Source of the DNA: a virus | Lineage: Duplodnaviria > Caudoviricetes | Length of the DNA: 51,471 nt | Strand: one strand, 5' to 3' | IMG/VR virus record: IMGVR_UViG_3300037047_000144 | Coordinates: 1-51,471 of that record | Shown here: piece after piece, positions 40,720 through 49,565 of the stretch | Numbering within the stretch: position 1 is the stretch's first letter | Layout of the letters: each line of letters opens with the position of its first letter | Notes under the pieces: generated by a model | Database searches by the model: none | Told to the model about the DNA's origin: nothing | What the model saw: the letters and a program-made list of their open reading frames with translations, nothing else | Translations under genes and position numbers: made by a program

Positions 40720-42997
40720 GGGGGTTGGTCCCCTCCAGGGAGCGGATCACGTCCGCCATGACCTTCTGGTTCCGCGGGGAGTTCAGTTCCGCCTTGGACG
40801 GCATGAGCCGCGCGACCGCCGCGGCGTTGGACTTGTGGTCGACGCCAGGCGCCAGCCGGTCCGCGAGGTCGAGGTCGCCCCGGATGATCGCCTCGGCGTA
40901 GGCCCGGTTGCGGGCCTTGATCAGCCGGTTCTCGGCGACCGGGTCGACGGGCTTGGCCTTGCCCGTCGCGGCCGCGGCCTTCGCGGCGTCGGCTTCCGCT
41001 TTCTTTGCGGCCGCTGCCTCCGCCGCGGCGCGGGCCTTGTCGGCGGCAACGGCCTCGCGGACCGCCGCGTTGCCGGCGGTCTGCTGGGTCTTCTCCCCCG
41101 CCTCGGCCTTGCGGATCTCCTCCTCCTCGATGTCCCGGTCGATGGCGGCGAGCTTCTCGCGGTGGCGGAGCATCGCCCTGTCGTAGTCGGCCCGCGCCTT
41201 GTCGTCGGCCTTGCCGATCTTCTCGAGTTCCGCGGCGAGCGCGGCCTCGCGCTTCGACGCCGGGACGCCGCGGGCTTTCAGGTCCGTGAGGATCGCGTCC
41301 GTGGCCTCGCGCACCGCCGCGTTGTGCGCCTCGGCCTCGCGGACCGCGGCGGTGACGTCGTTCAGGGGCTTCCCCTGGCGGAGAAGCTCGTCGCGCAGGG
41401 CGCGGGTGTCGATCGTGTCGAAGTCGTGCCCCTCCGGTGGCCGGGGTTCCGCCGCGGAGAGGCGGGCACGCTCCTTCTGGAGGAGCTCGATCCGCGCGTC
41501 GAAGTCCCGCGTCGTGCTGCGGTAGTCGAGGGCCGGCGCGCCAGCCGTAGGCACCGCGGGTTCGGGCTGCGCGGCCGGGGTATCGCCGCCGGTGGTCGGC
41601 GGGTCGCTCCAGCCGCCACCGCCGGAGCGGAGCTTCGCGAACATCGCACGGCGCTGGTCGTCGGTCATGGCGCTGCGGTTGCCCAGCGTGCGGCGGATGC
41701 GCGCGCGGTCGGCGTTGATCTGGTCTGAGAGCGTCGTGGCCGACCGGCCGCGGGTTCGGATCGCGCCCTGGTACGTCTGCGGACGCAGGGCACCGGCCGT
41801 GCGCTGGAGGCCGGGCTCGCGGGAGCCGAAGAGGATCCGCACGTCGGCGGGGAGGTCGAGGGCCTTCGGTCTTCCTCGGCCCTTGGACTTCGCCGCGTCG
41901 CCGGCGCCGCCGACCTGGCGGGGCCCGGCGGCCTTCGCCACGCCGACGCCCGCGGCCTTGCGGCCGGCCTCGGCGCTCTCCCAGGGCTTCGGCTTCGCGT
42001 TGTCCGCGGCCTGCGACTTCTCGATGGCTTTGCGCCGGGCGATGATCTTCTGGAGTTCGCGGTTGCGGTCGTGCTCGACCGAGGCGCGGGCGGAATCGGC
42101 ATCCAGTTGATCCGCGGTCTTGGGCTCGCGAAAGACGCCGGCGCGCTTCGCGGCGAGTTCCGCGTCGGTCAGGTAGCGGCCGAGGCGCTCGTCGAAGCGC
42201 TCGGAGCCGCCGGTGAAGATGTCGCCGGGCTTGCCGGTCGGCGGCCGGGTCCGGCCGTTGCCGGGGCCGACGATGGGCATGGGATAGGCCCCGTTCTGGC
42301 CCTTCGGGGGCAGGAACGTGCGGCCGGGCACGCCGATGGTGTTCTCCGGGAGATCGGGATACGTGACTGGCGCCGTCGCGGTCGGCGTCTCGCGCGAGGC
42401 GGCGGCCGCAGGGGATCCGCGGAGGCGGGCCCAGAACGCCCGGCGCTGGCGCTCGTTGCCTGCCTGGAGGGCGTTCGCAAGGACGCGGTTCGCGAGTAGC
42501 GCCGCGGCCGCGGGGCTCACGCGGACCGTGTTCGAGAGCGGGATCATGCCGAAGAGGTTGGGCGAGTTCGTGACCGCCGCGTTGGTCAGCCGGCGGGGGC
42601 GGACCTTCCCGCCGTCGAGGGTGTCGCACTCGTCCTGGCGCCAGACCGGCGAGATGTAGCGGTAGCGGCCGCCGCGGATCGCGGCCTCGCCGGTGTCGGT
42701 CCAGCGGATCTTGCCCCACAGCCCCAGCCCCGGCCGGTGCTCAACGTTCAGGATCCAGCCCGCGGCCTCGGAGGTCTTGTCCCGGTCGAGGCTGAAGTGG
42801 TCATAGTCGACCAGGACGCCGCCGAAGTTCGCCATCGCGGACGCCTTCGCGAAGTCCGCCGCGATGGCGCGGCAGGCGTCGGGGTCGAGCACCTGCACGA
42901 GGCCGGTCGCCTTGTGCGGGAACTCGCCCTCGGGGGCGAGCTGGTACCAGCCGTCCTCGGGCAGGGTGAACGAGTTGGTCAGGAGGGTCGGGTTCAT
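40700..42997 (-). CDS. Mu-type prohead protease fused to a ~600-aa extension
   Basis: ATGA-coupled to the portal. APEGEF, VDYDH, AAGWI, WTDTG...YRYISPVW, AVTNSPN, then a low-complexity/coiled-coil region. Confidence 0.85.
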   Translation of the reverse strand: MNPTLLTNSFTLPEDGWYQLAPEGEFPHKATGLVQVLDPDACRAIAADFAKASAMANFGGVLVDYDHFSLDRDKTSEAAGWILNVEHRPGLGLWGKIRWTDTGEAAIRGGRYRYISPVWRQDECDTLDGGKVRPRRLTNAAVTNSPNLFGMIPLSNTVRVSPAAAALLANRVLANALQAGNERQRRAFWARLRGSPAAAASRETPTATAPVTYPDLPENTIGVPGRTFLPPKGQNGAYPMPIVGPGNGRTRPPTGKPGDIFTGGSERFDERLGRYLTDAELAAKRAGVFREPKTADQLDADSARASVEHDRNRELQKIIARRKAIEKSQAADNAKPKPWESAEAGRKAAGVGVAKAAGPRQVGGAGDAAKSKGRGRPKALDLPADVRILFGSREPGLQRTAGALRPQTYQGAIRTRGRSATTLSDQINADRARIRRTLGNRSAMTDDQRRAMFAKLRSGGGGWSDPPTTGGDTPAAQPEPAVPTAGAPALDYRSTTRDFDARIELLQKERARLSAAEPRPPEGHDFDTIDTRALRDELLRQGKPLNDVTAAVREAEAHNAAVREATDAILTDLKARGVPASKREAALAAELEKIGKADDKARADYDRAMLRHREKLAAIDRDIEEEEIRKAEAGEKTQQTAGNAAVREAVAADKARAAAEAAAAKKAEADAAKAAAATGKAKPVDPVAENRLIKARNRAYAEAIIRGDLDLADRLAPGVDHKSNAAAVARLMPSKAELNSPRNQKVMADVIRSLEGTNPHAYPRR

Positions 42998-44133
42998 TGC
43001 GGGGCTCCCGTGGGAATGGGCACGAGCTTGAGGCCCGTCTTCTCTTCGAGCTGCTTCTGGTCGACGCGGTAGCCGGCCCAGTTCAAGTTCGCCGCGGCCT
43101 CCAGCAGTTGCGCCGTGTTCTCGACCTGCGGCACGTCGAACTCGAAGAAGGCGACGTGGGGCTGGTCCGGGAAGTAGCGGTCGAGAAGCGGCGCGTCGAT
43201 GTGCCGCTGGTACGCCTCCGAGAGCCGTCCCGCGTCGCTGCGGGCGAGGTCGAGGAGCGTCTGCGCGTGGGCGCCGCCGGCCAGCGTGCCGGAGCCGGGG
43301 GCGGAGAGCATGGTCAGGATCCCGCCGGTCGCCGCCATGACGATCTGCCGGTCGCAGTAGTCGATGCGCTCGGCGTACGGCACGCGGCCGCGCTGGGCCG
43401 TATCGACGGTCTTGACCTCGGTGCCGCTGGGCAGGACGCCGCGCCCGTTGCTGGCGATCTTCTCGGCGATGGCCTGGTACTGGGCGAGCGTCTCCTCGTC
43501 GGTCCCCTCCGGGGCGATGAAGAAGATGCTCGGGTTCGCGCTGGTCTCGAGTGCCTGGTCCCAGTCGGCCTGCGCGAGCGTCTTCGCGAAGAAGGCCCGC
43601 GCGATGGAGCGGTTGGCACTCATCGCCTCCATGACGACGAGGCGGTCCTGTTCGACGGGGTCGCCCTTCCCGCAGTAGGCGAGCGTGTCGCGGTTGAGCT
43701 GCCACGCCTCGCCGGCGGGCCGGATCCAGAACCACTGCTCGATGGGGTCGAGCCGTTCGATCCGGCCGTCGGCATCGGCAACCTTGTCGAGGATCGCGAA
43801 GCCGCGGAACGCGGCCATGGCCAGGGCGCGGGTGGCGTCGCGGAGGTTGTCGATGCCGTTGTAGGCGTACCGGAGAAGCTCGGCCTGCTCCTGCGCCAGC
43901 GCCGGGTCAGCGCCCTCGGTGGTCCGGACCTCCCATGCGAGCGTGTCGAGGAACGCGAGCCGGCGCGCGATGGCCGCCTGCACAGTGACATCGGCGGTCT
44001 CCATGTGGCGGTAGAGCCACTGGACATCCGCGTGCTGGCCGCGGTCGGCCGCGTCCTCCATGGACACGAGCCGCGCGATGGTCAGCCCGTGGAGCGGGTT
44101 GTAGTACTCCCGCCATCTGGGAAGCCGGATCAT
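42994..44133 (-). CDS. Portal protein (DUF935 family), outer element
   Basis: YNPLHGLT, RGFAILD, GGILTM...GTLAGGAHAQT...SDA; GGAGG RBS. Confidence 0.85.
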   Translation of the reverse strand: MIRLPRWREYYNPLHGLTIARLVSMEDAADRGQHADVQWLYRHMETADVTVQAAIARRLAFLDTLAWEVRTTEGADPALAQEQAELLRYAYNGIDNLRDATRALAMAAFRGFAILDKVADADGRIERLDPIEQWFWIRPAGEAWQLNRDTLAYCGKGDPVEQDRLVVMEAMSANRSIARAFFAKTLAQADWDQALETSANPSIFFIAPEGTDEETLAQYQAIAEKIASNGRGVLPSGTEVKTVDTAQRGRVPYAERIDYCDRQIVMAATGGILTMLSAPGSGTLAGGAHAQTLLDLARSDAGRLSEAYQRHIDAPLLDRYFPDQPHVAFFEFDVPQVENTAQLLEAAANLNWAGYRVDQKQLEEKTGLKLVPIPTGAPQ

Positions 44134-44142
44134 GCCTCCATG

Positions 44143-44171
44143 GTCTCACGCAGGATTGCGGGAGTAAGGGG
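44143..44171 (-). promoter_or_regulatory. Bipartite motif CCCCTT-N15-CGTGAGAC, copy upstream of the portal
   Basis: Lies 9 bp upstream of the portal ATG; one of three copies. Confidence 0.75.
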
Positions 44172-44235
44172 GGCACGATTGGGCTTGCACGAACGGAGCC
44201 CGAGGCGTCCAATGCGGGGGCAAGGAGCAGGGACC

Positions 44236-47200
44236 ATGATCTCAGGACATGCGTGGGGGCGGTGTCTCTGGTGGACCGGAGTGTCGGCGCTGGCAGCGGG
44301 CGCCCTGGCGGTCGTCGCCGGAAAGCCGCAGCCGGCGGTCGATGCGGCCGAGTATCAGGCGATCATGGCCGACGAGGCCGGCGACGCCACGGTCTTGCAG
44401 GATCGCTTTGAGGAACAGCGCTGGCTTTCGCTCCCGCTGCTTCCGCCCGGCCCGGAAGTCTCCGTCGCCCTGCCGCTCGGCGGCCGCGTCGTGCCCTTCG
44501 ACTGGAAGCGGTTCCCCAAGGAGTTCGTCGCCGGGCTCGAAGGCCGCTGGGAGAACAGCGTTCCGGTTTACGACTTGGGCCTCGCCGAGGATCCGCTGAC
44601 GCATGAGACACTCTTCTACAACGCGGCCGGCGCGCCGATCCTCCGACTCCCCGCGCCCGTCTGGAGCGACCCGGCCGATCTGCGCCTGACACTGGCCTCT
44701 CTCTACGGCGTGGTCCCCGGCTCGTCCGACTCGTTGCTGCTCGACGCGCGGCTGTGGGATCCCGCGCGGCTGCAGGCGCATCTTACGCTCATCCGGCCGG
44801 AGGATGTGGAGTACTACCTCTACGCGGAAGCCAAGGTCCGGGATTACGCCGCAAGCCTTCAGACTTCGATCCCGCCGCCGGTCATGATGCTGATGGGCGG
44901 CGAGAGCGAGTTTTGCATCGCGGCGGTGCAGCGGGCGACCAACGGGATCCGGCTTGAGATCGAGCTTCCGGCGGGGTTCACGAACCGGGTGGACGTTTTC
45001 GGCTCCACGAACCTCGTGACCTTCGAATGGTCCGTACTGGCCGATGCGCTCTCGACGACGGGCGGCAGCCCGCTCGTCTGGACCGACACGCCGCTTCCCG
45101 CGACCCTGCGGTTCTATGCGGCCGGCGACGCGGACACGGACAGCGATCTGGACGGGCTGACCGACGCGCGGGAGGTCTTCCTCCACCGGACGTGTCCCAC
45201 AAACCTCGACACGGACGCGGACGGGCTGGTCGACGGCAACAGCGGGGTTGTGGGCACCAACCTCTACGCGGGCGGCGTGCAGTCGAACGGCTACGTGCAG
45301 GGCGAGATGACGCTGGGCACCTCGCAACTGCTCGCGGACACCGACGATGACGGTGTGAGCGACGGAGCGGAAGTCGCGGGCGGGTCCGACCCTCTGGATC
45401 CGAATCTGCCGCCCAACGTCCGGGGCGCGGTGTTCTACACCGGCCTCCAGACCGGCACGGTCCGGGTGATCGCCGTGGCGACCTCGGGAAGCTGGTCGAC
45501 CGCCCGTCAGGCGGCGATTTTCTCGCCCGGCGCGTACCGGATCGCCAACCTTCCGCCCTCCAACTACTGGATCCGGGCCTTTGTGGACTCGAACGGGGAC
45601 GGCACGAATGACGCACCGGAGGCCCGCGGCGAGTGGGCCGAGGGCGCGGTTCTGGTCACGAACCGGGTCACGGATATCGACTTCTCGCTGGCGGACCCCG
45701 ACGACGACGCGGACGGGCTACCGGACTGGTGGGAGATCCTGCACTGGAGCGACACGGTCACGGAGGACGGCGAGGGCGATCCGGACCTGGACGGCTACCT
45801 GAACTGGCAGGAGTACCTCGGTCGGACGGACCCGGAGGATGATGCCAGCCACCCGTTCAACGTCGAGGGCACGGTGATATACTCGGGGCCGCTGGAAGGA
45901 TCGATCGTCGTCCTCGCCTCGACCTCGTCGGCCTCGTGGGCCGCGGAGGGCTCGGTCACGATCAACTCGACGGGGACGTTCGCGCTCCTGCACCTGCCGG
46001 TCGGCGCGCACTACTGGGTGAAGGCGTTCCGGGACTCGGACGAGGACGGCGTGTTCGACTTCGGCGAGGCGTGGGGCGAGGACGCGACGGAATACGTTTT
46101 GGACGCGCCCGTCACGAACGCGGCCGTTACGCTCGTCGATCATGACGCGGACGGGGACGATCTGGCGGACTGGTTCGAAGTGGCCTACGGCCTCGATCCG
46201 CAAACGGGGTCCAACTGTTTCGTGTGCGGCTGGTGGAAGATGAACGGCTCGGGGGCCGAGACGAACGTCGTGGATGTCTCGGGGAACACGAACGACGGCT
46301 GGCTTGTGGGCACCGCGGCGACGAACTGGGGCGAGGGCGTGCTGCACGGGGCGCTGGCGCTGACCGGATCGAACTACGTGCAGCTCGCGGACAACGAGAC
46401 GCTGGCGCCATCGGGCCTGACGCTGGCAATGTGGATCGACCCGGCCGCGGATCTCACCAACGGCGCGGCGGTGCTGTTCTCGAAGAAGGATCCCGCGGCG
46501 GCGACGGGCTACTCGCTCGCGGTCACGAACGGCAAACTCGAATGGCTGATCTGCCAGGCGGGCGTGCATGTCCTGACCGCGCCGGTCGTCCTGACGAACG
46601 GCGCCTGGCGGCACGTCGCGGCGACGTACGGGGCCGGCCGGCAGCGGATTTACGTGGACGGCGTGCAGGCGGGCGAGACAAACTGGAGCCTGGGCACGTC
46701 GATGGGCTATCTCGACCAGGGCACGACCGCCCCGCGGATCGGCGCCTCGACCGATGCGACGCCGGCCCGGTTTCTCCCGGGCCTCGTGGACGACGTGCGG
46801 CTCTACGACGGAGAGTTCACGAGCAACGAGGTCTGGAGCATCTACGAGGCCGGGGCCGATGTCGACGGGGACACGCTGCGGCCGGCGGCGGAGATGGCGG
46901 CTGGGAGTTCGCCGGGCGCCGCGGATACGGATGGCGACGGCGTGCCGGACGCGGTCGAGGTCGCGGAAGGGACGCTTGCGAACAACCCGGACACCGACGG
47001 CGACGGCGCGGATGACGGCTTGGAGCGGTTGCTTGGCTCGGGCGCCAAGACGCCGAATGTCGTTTGCGACCTTGGCCCCGAACAGGTCACAGCGGAGGCG
47101 CGGCAAAGTATAAGCTGGAAGAGCAAGACGATAGCGATTCCAGGTTTCGTGACAAATGGCCTCCCGGATTTCTACCTGCAGCAAGTCAAGAGCATGGTGA

Positions 47201-49041
47201 GGTTCGGTGAGGATGTAAGCTATGCTGGCACGTGGCTGAATACCGCATATCGGGAGGTAACCATAGAACTCGGATGCGGGGTTCGCCACCGAGTGAACGG
47301 AGACCGACACGATGAGTACAGCTCCTCGTCCTACTACGGATACTCGTACTTCGAGGGAGATGTGACGGGAACCAACTACGGCGTGGGGAGCATCGCCTAC
47401 TGGGGGATCGGCTCTTCCGGATGGACAAACTTCAATTCGAGCAACAATGAAATTGAGAGTTCCGATGCGACCAACTATGTGTGGGAGGGGGTGGCTTTGC
47501 CAGTGAGTGACTGGTCGGATGAAGGGGATACCAATACGCCGGGCTATTCGCGGCAGGCGACGCCCTCGACGCTTGATGTGTCATGGGTGATCGACGGAGA
47601 GGATCCGGAGTTTCACGACGAGTATGAGTTCCACGCGACGAACTCGGACCCCTTCACGACTCCGGATCTGGTTCAGTGGGCGACGAACGACCTATGGGCC
47701 GGGTCCCCGTTTACAACGACGAACCTGCCCTGGGGTTGGAACTGGAGCCATAACTGCTGTGGCATTCGTTCCACAAACGACTCGGCCGCAGTCGAGTCGT
47801 GGTTGTCTATGGCAACCAACGAGGTCGACTACAGCTTGTGTGCCGCTCAGTACCGGTTCAGGGTGAACTCTCCGCAATCGGGCGTCATCTACCGGGCCAC
47901 GGCGAGTCATTGGTTTACACCCGCGGGGTCCACGAACAGAGAATTGACTGTTGTGACGAATTTCGCGGGCTACTGCACAAACGCCGCCGCGGAATTCCAC
48001 CTCCCCGCGAATGGTGCATTGCTCGCTCCGCCAGTGGAGAACGGGACGACAGCCGTGAGCGTCCTGAAAGTGGGCTACATCGAAGCGTCATCCGACAAAG
48101 CGGACAACAGCCCCCAGCAGTTCCCCGGTCATCAAGCTTGGCCCTTTGTTCCGAACAACAGTACCGATCCGGGCAAACACCTTGTTGTCTTCTTCAAGGA
48201 TGTTGTCGATACGAGTCTGAACGTCTTGGATTTTGACGTTGAGCTGGATGCTCACATTCTCCCAAGCAGCGTTCCGGACACGAGTCTCAGTGAGAGTTGG
48301 CGGAGGATATCGGGGCCAGCGTCAGGTTCCTTCGACCGAACTGATACCTTCAGCGTGATGTATCAGAATCCCAAGAATGGTGGCGCCTACAAGATCGGTT
48401 TCGGACTCGGGATAGCCGGTTCCGCCGAGAGCGAAGCTAACATAGTCCTACCCTTGGCTGGCGCCGAGATCGACAGCATCGTTCGGTCTGACATAGCGCG
48501 AGCCAACGCCTTTGCTTCAACCGTTGTTTCCAACTATAGCTGGTTGGAACGGCAATCCCCGATCAATGGGGTTCGGTGGTTTGTCTATAACGCAAGAGGC
48601 GACTATCGTGGGCGACCCGACAACGCCAACTCGCGGACAGTACGGGAGTACAATCCGGTTGCGTCTTCTGGTTTGGGCGCTGTCGCAACATGGTGCGGCG
48701 TTCCCATCAGGCTCGGGAAGGTCAGCAACTTCATGGTTGGTTACGGCGCGAAGAAGATAGGAGTCAATCCGGTCTTCGGCTGGATGTCGCAAGTCATTGG
48801 GACTTTAAACGACTCCGCGGCAACAAAGAGTTGGGATGCTGGTTGGAATATCGCCAGTGGCTCTGCATACGGCAGTACCGTATCGAATCTTGTGGTGGAT
48901 GTCTGGGACGAGGCTGACGATAAAAATCAGAAGCTCTGGCCGAATCGTTCGAACGCTGACAACTACGTTGTTCCTTCAAGTTTCTGGAATGAGAACTCGC
49001 AGTTGACGTCACCAGGGTATCTATACTTGACGAACCCGTGA
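44236..49041 (+). CDS. Large exported protein (1601 aa): DxDxDG Ca-binding repeats, Ig-like repeats, LamG domain, variable C-terminus (polymorphic-toxin-like)
   Basis: AAGGAG RBS and hydrophobic leader; many DTDGDG motifs; LamG GWWKMN...TLAMWI...WRHVAATY...IYVDG...DDVRLYD; GC visibly falls after ~47050. Confidence 0.8.
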   Translation: MISGHAWGRCLWWTGVSALAAGALAVVAGKPQPAVDAAEYQAIMADEAGDATVLQDRFEEQRWLSLPLLPPGPEVSVALPLGGRVVPFDWKRFPKEFVAGLEGRWENSVPVYDLGLAEDPLTHETLFYNAAGAPILRLPAPVWSDPADLRLTLASLYGVVPGSSDSLLLDARLWDPARLQAHLTLIRPEDVEYYLYAEAKVRDYAASLQTSIPPPVMMLMGGESEFCIAAVQRATNGIRLEIELPAGFTNRVDVFGSTNLVTFEWSVLADALSTTGGSPLVWTDTPLPATLRFYAAGDADTDSDLDGLTDAREVFLHRTCPTNLDTDADGLVDGNSGVVGTNLYAGGVQSNGYVQGEMTLGTSQLLADTDDDGVSDGAEVAGGSDPLDPNLPPNVRGAVFYTGLQTGTVRVIAVATSGSWSTARQAAIFSPGAYRIANLPPSNYWIRAFVDSNGDGTNDAPEARGEWAEGAVLVTNRVTDIDFSLADPDDDADGLPDWWEILHWSDTVTEDGEGDPDLDGYLNWQEYLGRTDPEDDASHPFNVEGTVIYSGPLEGSIVVLASTSSASWAAEGSVTINSTGTFALLHLPVGAHYWVKAFRDSDEDGVFDFGEAWGEDATEYVLDAPVTNAAVTLVDHDADGDDLADWFEVAYGLDPQTGSNCFVCGWWKMNGSGAETNVVDVSGNTNDGWLVGTAATNWGEGVLHGALALTGSNYVQLADNETLAPSGLTLAMWIDPAADLTNGAAVLFSKKDPAAATGYSLAVTNGKLEWLICQAGVHVLTAPVVLTNGAWRHVAATYGAGRQRIYVDGVQAGETNWSLGTSMGYLDQGTTAPRIGASTDATPARFLPGLVDDVRLYDGEFTSNEVWSIYEAGADVDGDTLRPAAEMAAGSSPGAADTDGDGVPDAVEVAEGTLANNPDTDGDGADDGLERLLGSGAKTPNVVCDLGPEQVTAEARQSISWKSKTIAIPGFVTNGLPDFYLQQVKSMVRFGEDVSYAGTWLNTAYREVTIELGCGVRHRVNGDRHDEYSSSSYYGYSYFEGDVTGTNYGVGSIAYWGIGSSGWTNFNSSNNEIESSDATNYVWEGVALPVSDWSDEGDTNTPGYSRQATPSTLDVSWVIDGEDPEFHDEYEFHATNSDPFTTPDLVQWATNDLWAGSPFTTTNLPWGWNWSHNCCGIRSTNDSAAVESWLSMATNEVDYSLCAAQYRFRVNSPQSGVIYRATASHWFTPAGSTNRELTVVTNFAGYCTNAAAEFHLPANGALLAPPVENGTTAVSVLKVGYIEASSDKADNSPQQFPGHQAWPFVPNNSTDPGKHLVVFFKDVVDTSLNVLDFDVELDAHILPSSVPDTSLSESWRRISGPASGSFDRTDTFSVMYQNPKNGGAYKIGFGLGIAGSAESEANIVLPLAGAEIDSIVRSDIARANAFASTVVSNYSWLERQSPINGVRWFVYNARGDYRGRPDNANSRTVREYNPVASSGLGAVATWCGVPIRLGKVSNFMVGYGAKKIGVNPVFGWMSQVIGTLNDSAATKSWDAGWNIASGSAYGSTVSNLVVDVWDEADDKNQKLWPNRSNADNYVVPSSFWNENSQLTSPGYLYLTNP

Positions 49042-49057
49042 GGAGAAAGGCATCTCG

Positions 49058-49519
49058 ATGAAACAAAAGACAATATGGTATCTGCACCTTGTTGCGACAG
49101 CTCTTGTCGCGATCCCGGCGATTGCTCAGACGAACTTTTACAATCAAGTCTCTCAGATGTGGCTTGCCGGCCAAAAGGCCCAAGTCTACAGCATTGCCAC
49201 GAATCGTCTGGCGGGGAATTCGAATGACATCGCCGGACTTGTTTTGAAGATGGAGTATGAACTTGCCTTCGTCGACCTTGGTAACCTGACGAACACGATG
49301 CAGAAGGTAGTCGCAGTTGGCGGTGGTATAAGTTCGACGAACTTCGTCCAGATTTTCCCGCAGCTTCAGGGCGAGATCACACTCCTGCAAGCGGCTGTAC
49401 CCAACTATCCAACGAACGAACTCGCCCAGGATGTCCAGAAGGGCGGCATCACCAACAAGCCAATGACCTATGGGGCGGTGCTCCAAGCCATCGAAGCCGA
49501 TGGCCTCTTGGACGACTGA
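49058..49519 (+). CDS. Small exported helical protein, candidate immunity partner
   Basis: GAGGAG RBS, Sec leader ending AIA-Q, 16 bp after the large gene, same lower GC. Confidence 0.7.
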   Translation: MKQKTIWYLHLVATALVAIPAIAQTNFYNQVSQMWLAGQKAQVYSIATNRLAGNSNDIAGLVLKMEYELAFVDLGNLTNTMQKVVAVGGGISSTNFVQIFPQLQGEITLLQAAVPNYPTNELAQDVQKGGITNKPMTYGAVLQAIEADGLLDD

Positions 49520-49565
49520 TCCCCGACTGGAGGCGGTCGCTGAATTTGTGGTAATGAGAACCGTG

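Noticed and set aside
42998-43735. 5' extension of the protease ORF (1011 aa)
   Set aside because: Out-of-frame overlap with the portal. ATGA coupling supports a start at 42997.
42997-44235. 5' extension making a 2014-aa plus-strand protein
   Set aside because: Antisense shadow of the portal gene. RBS and leader support a start at 44236.
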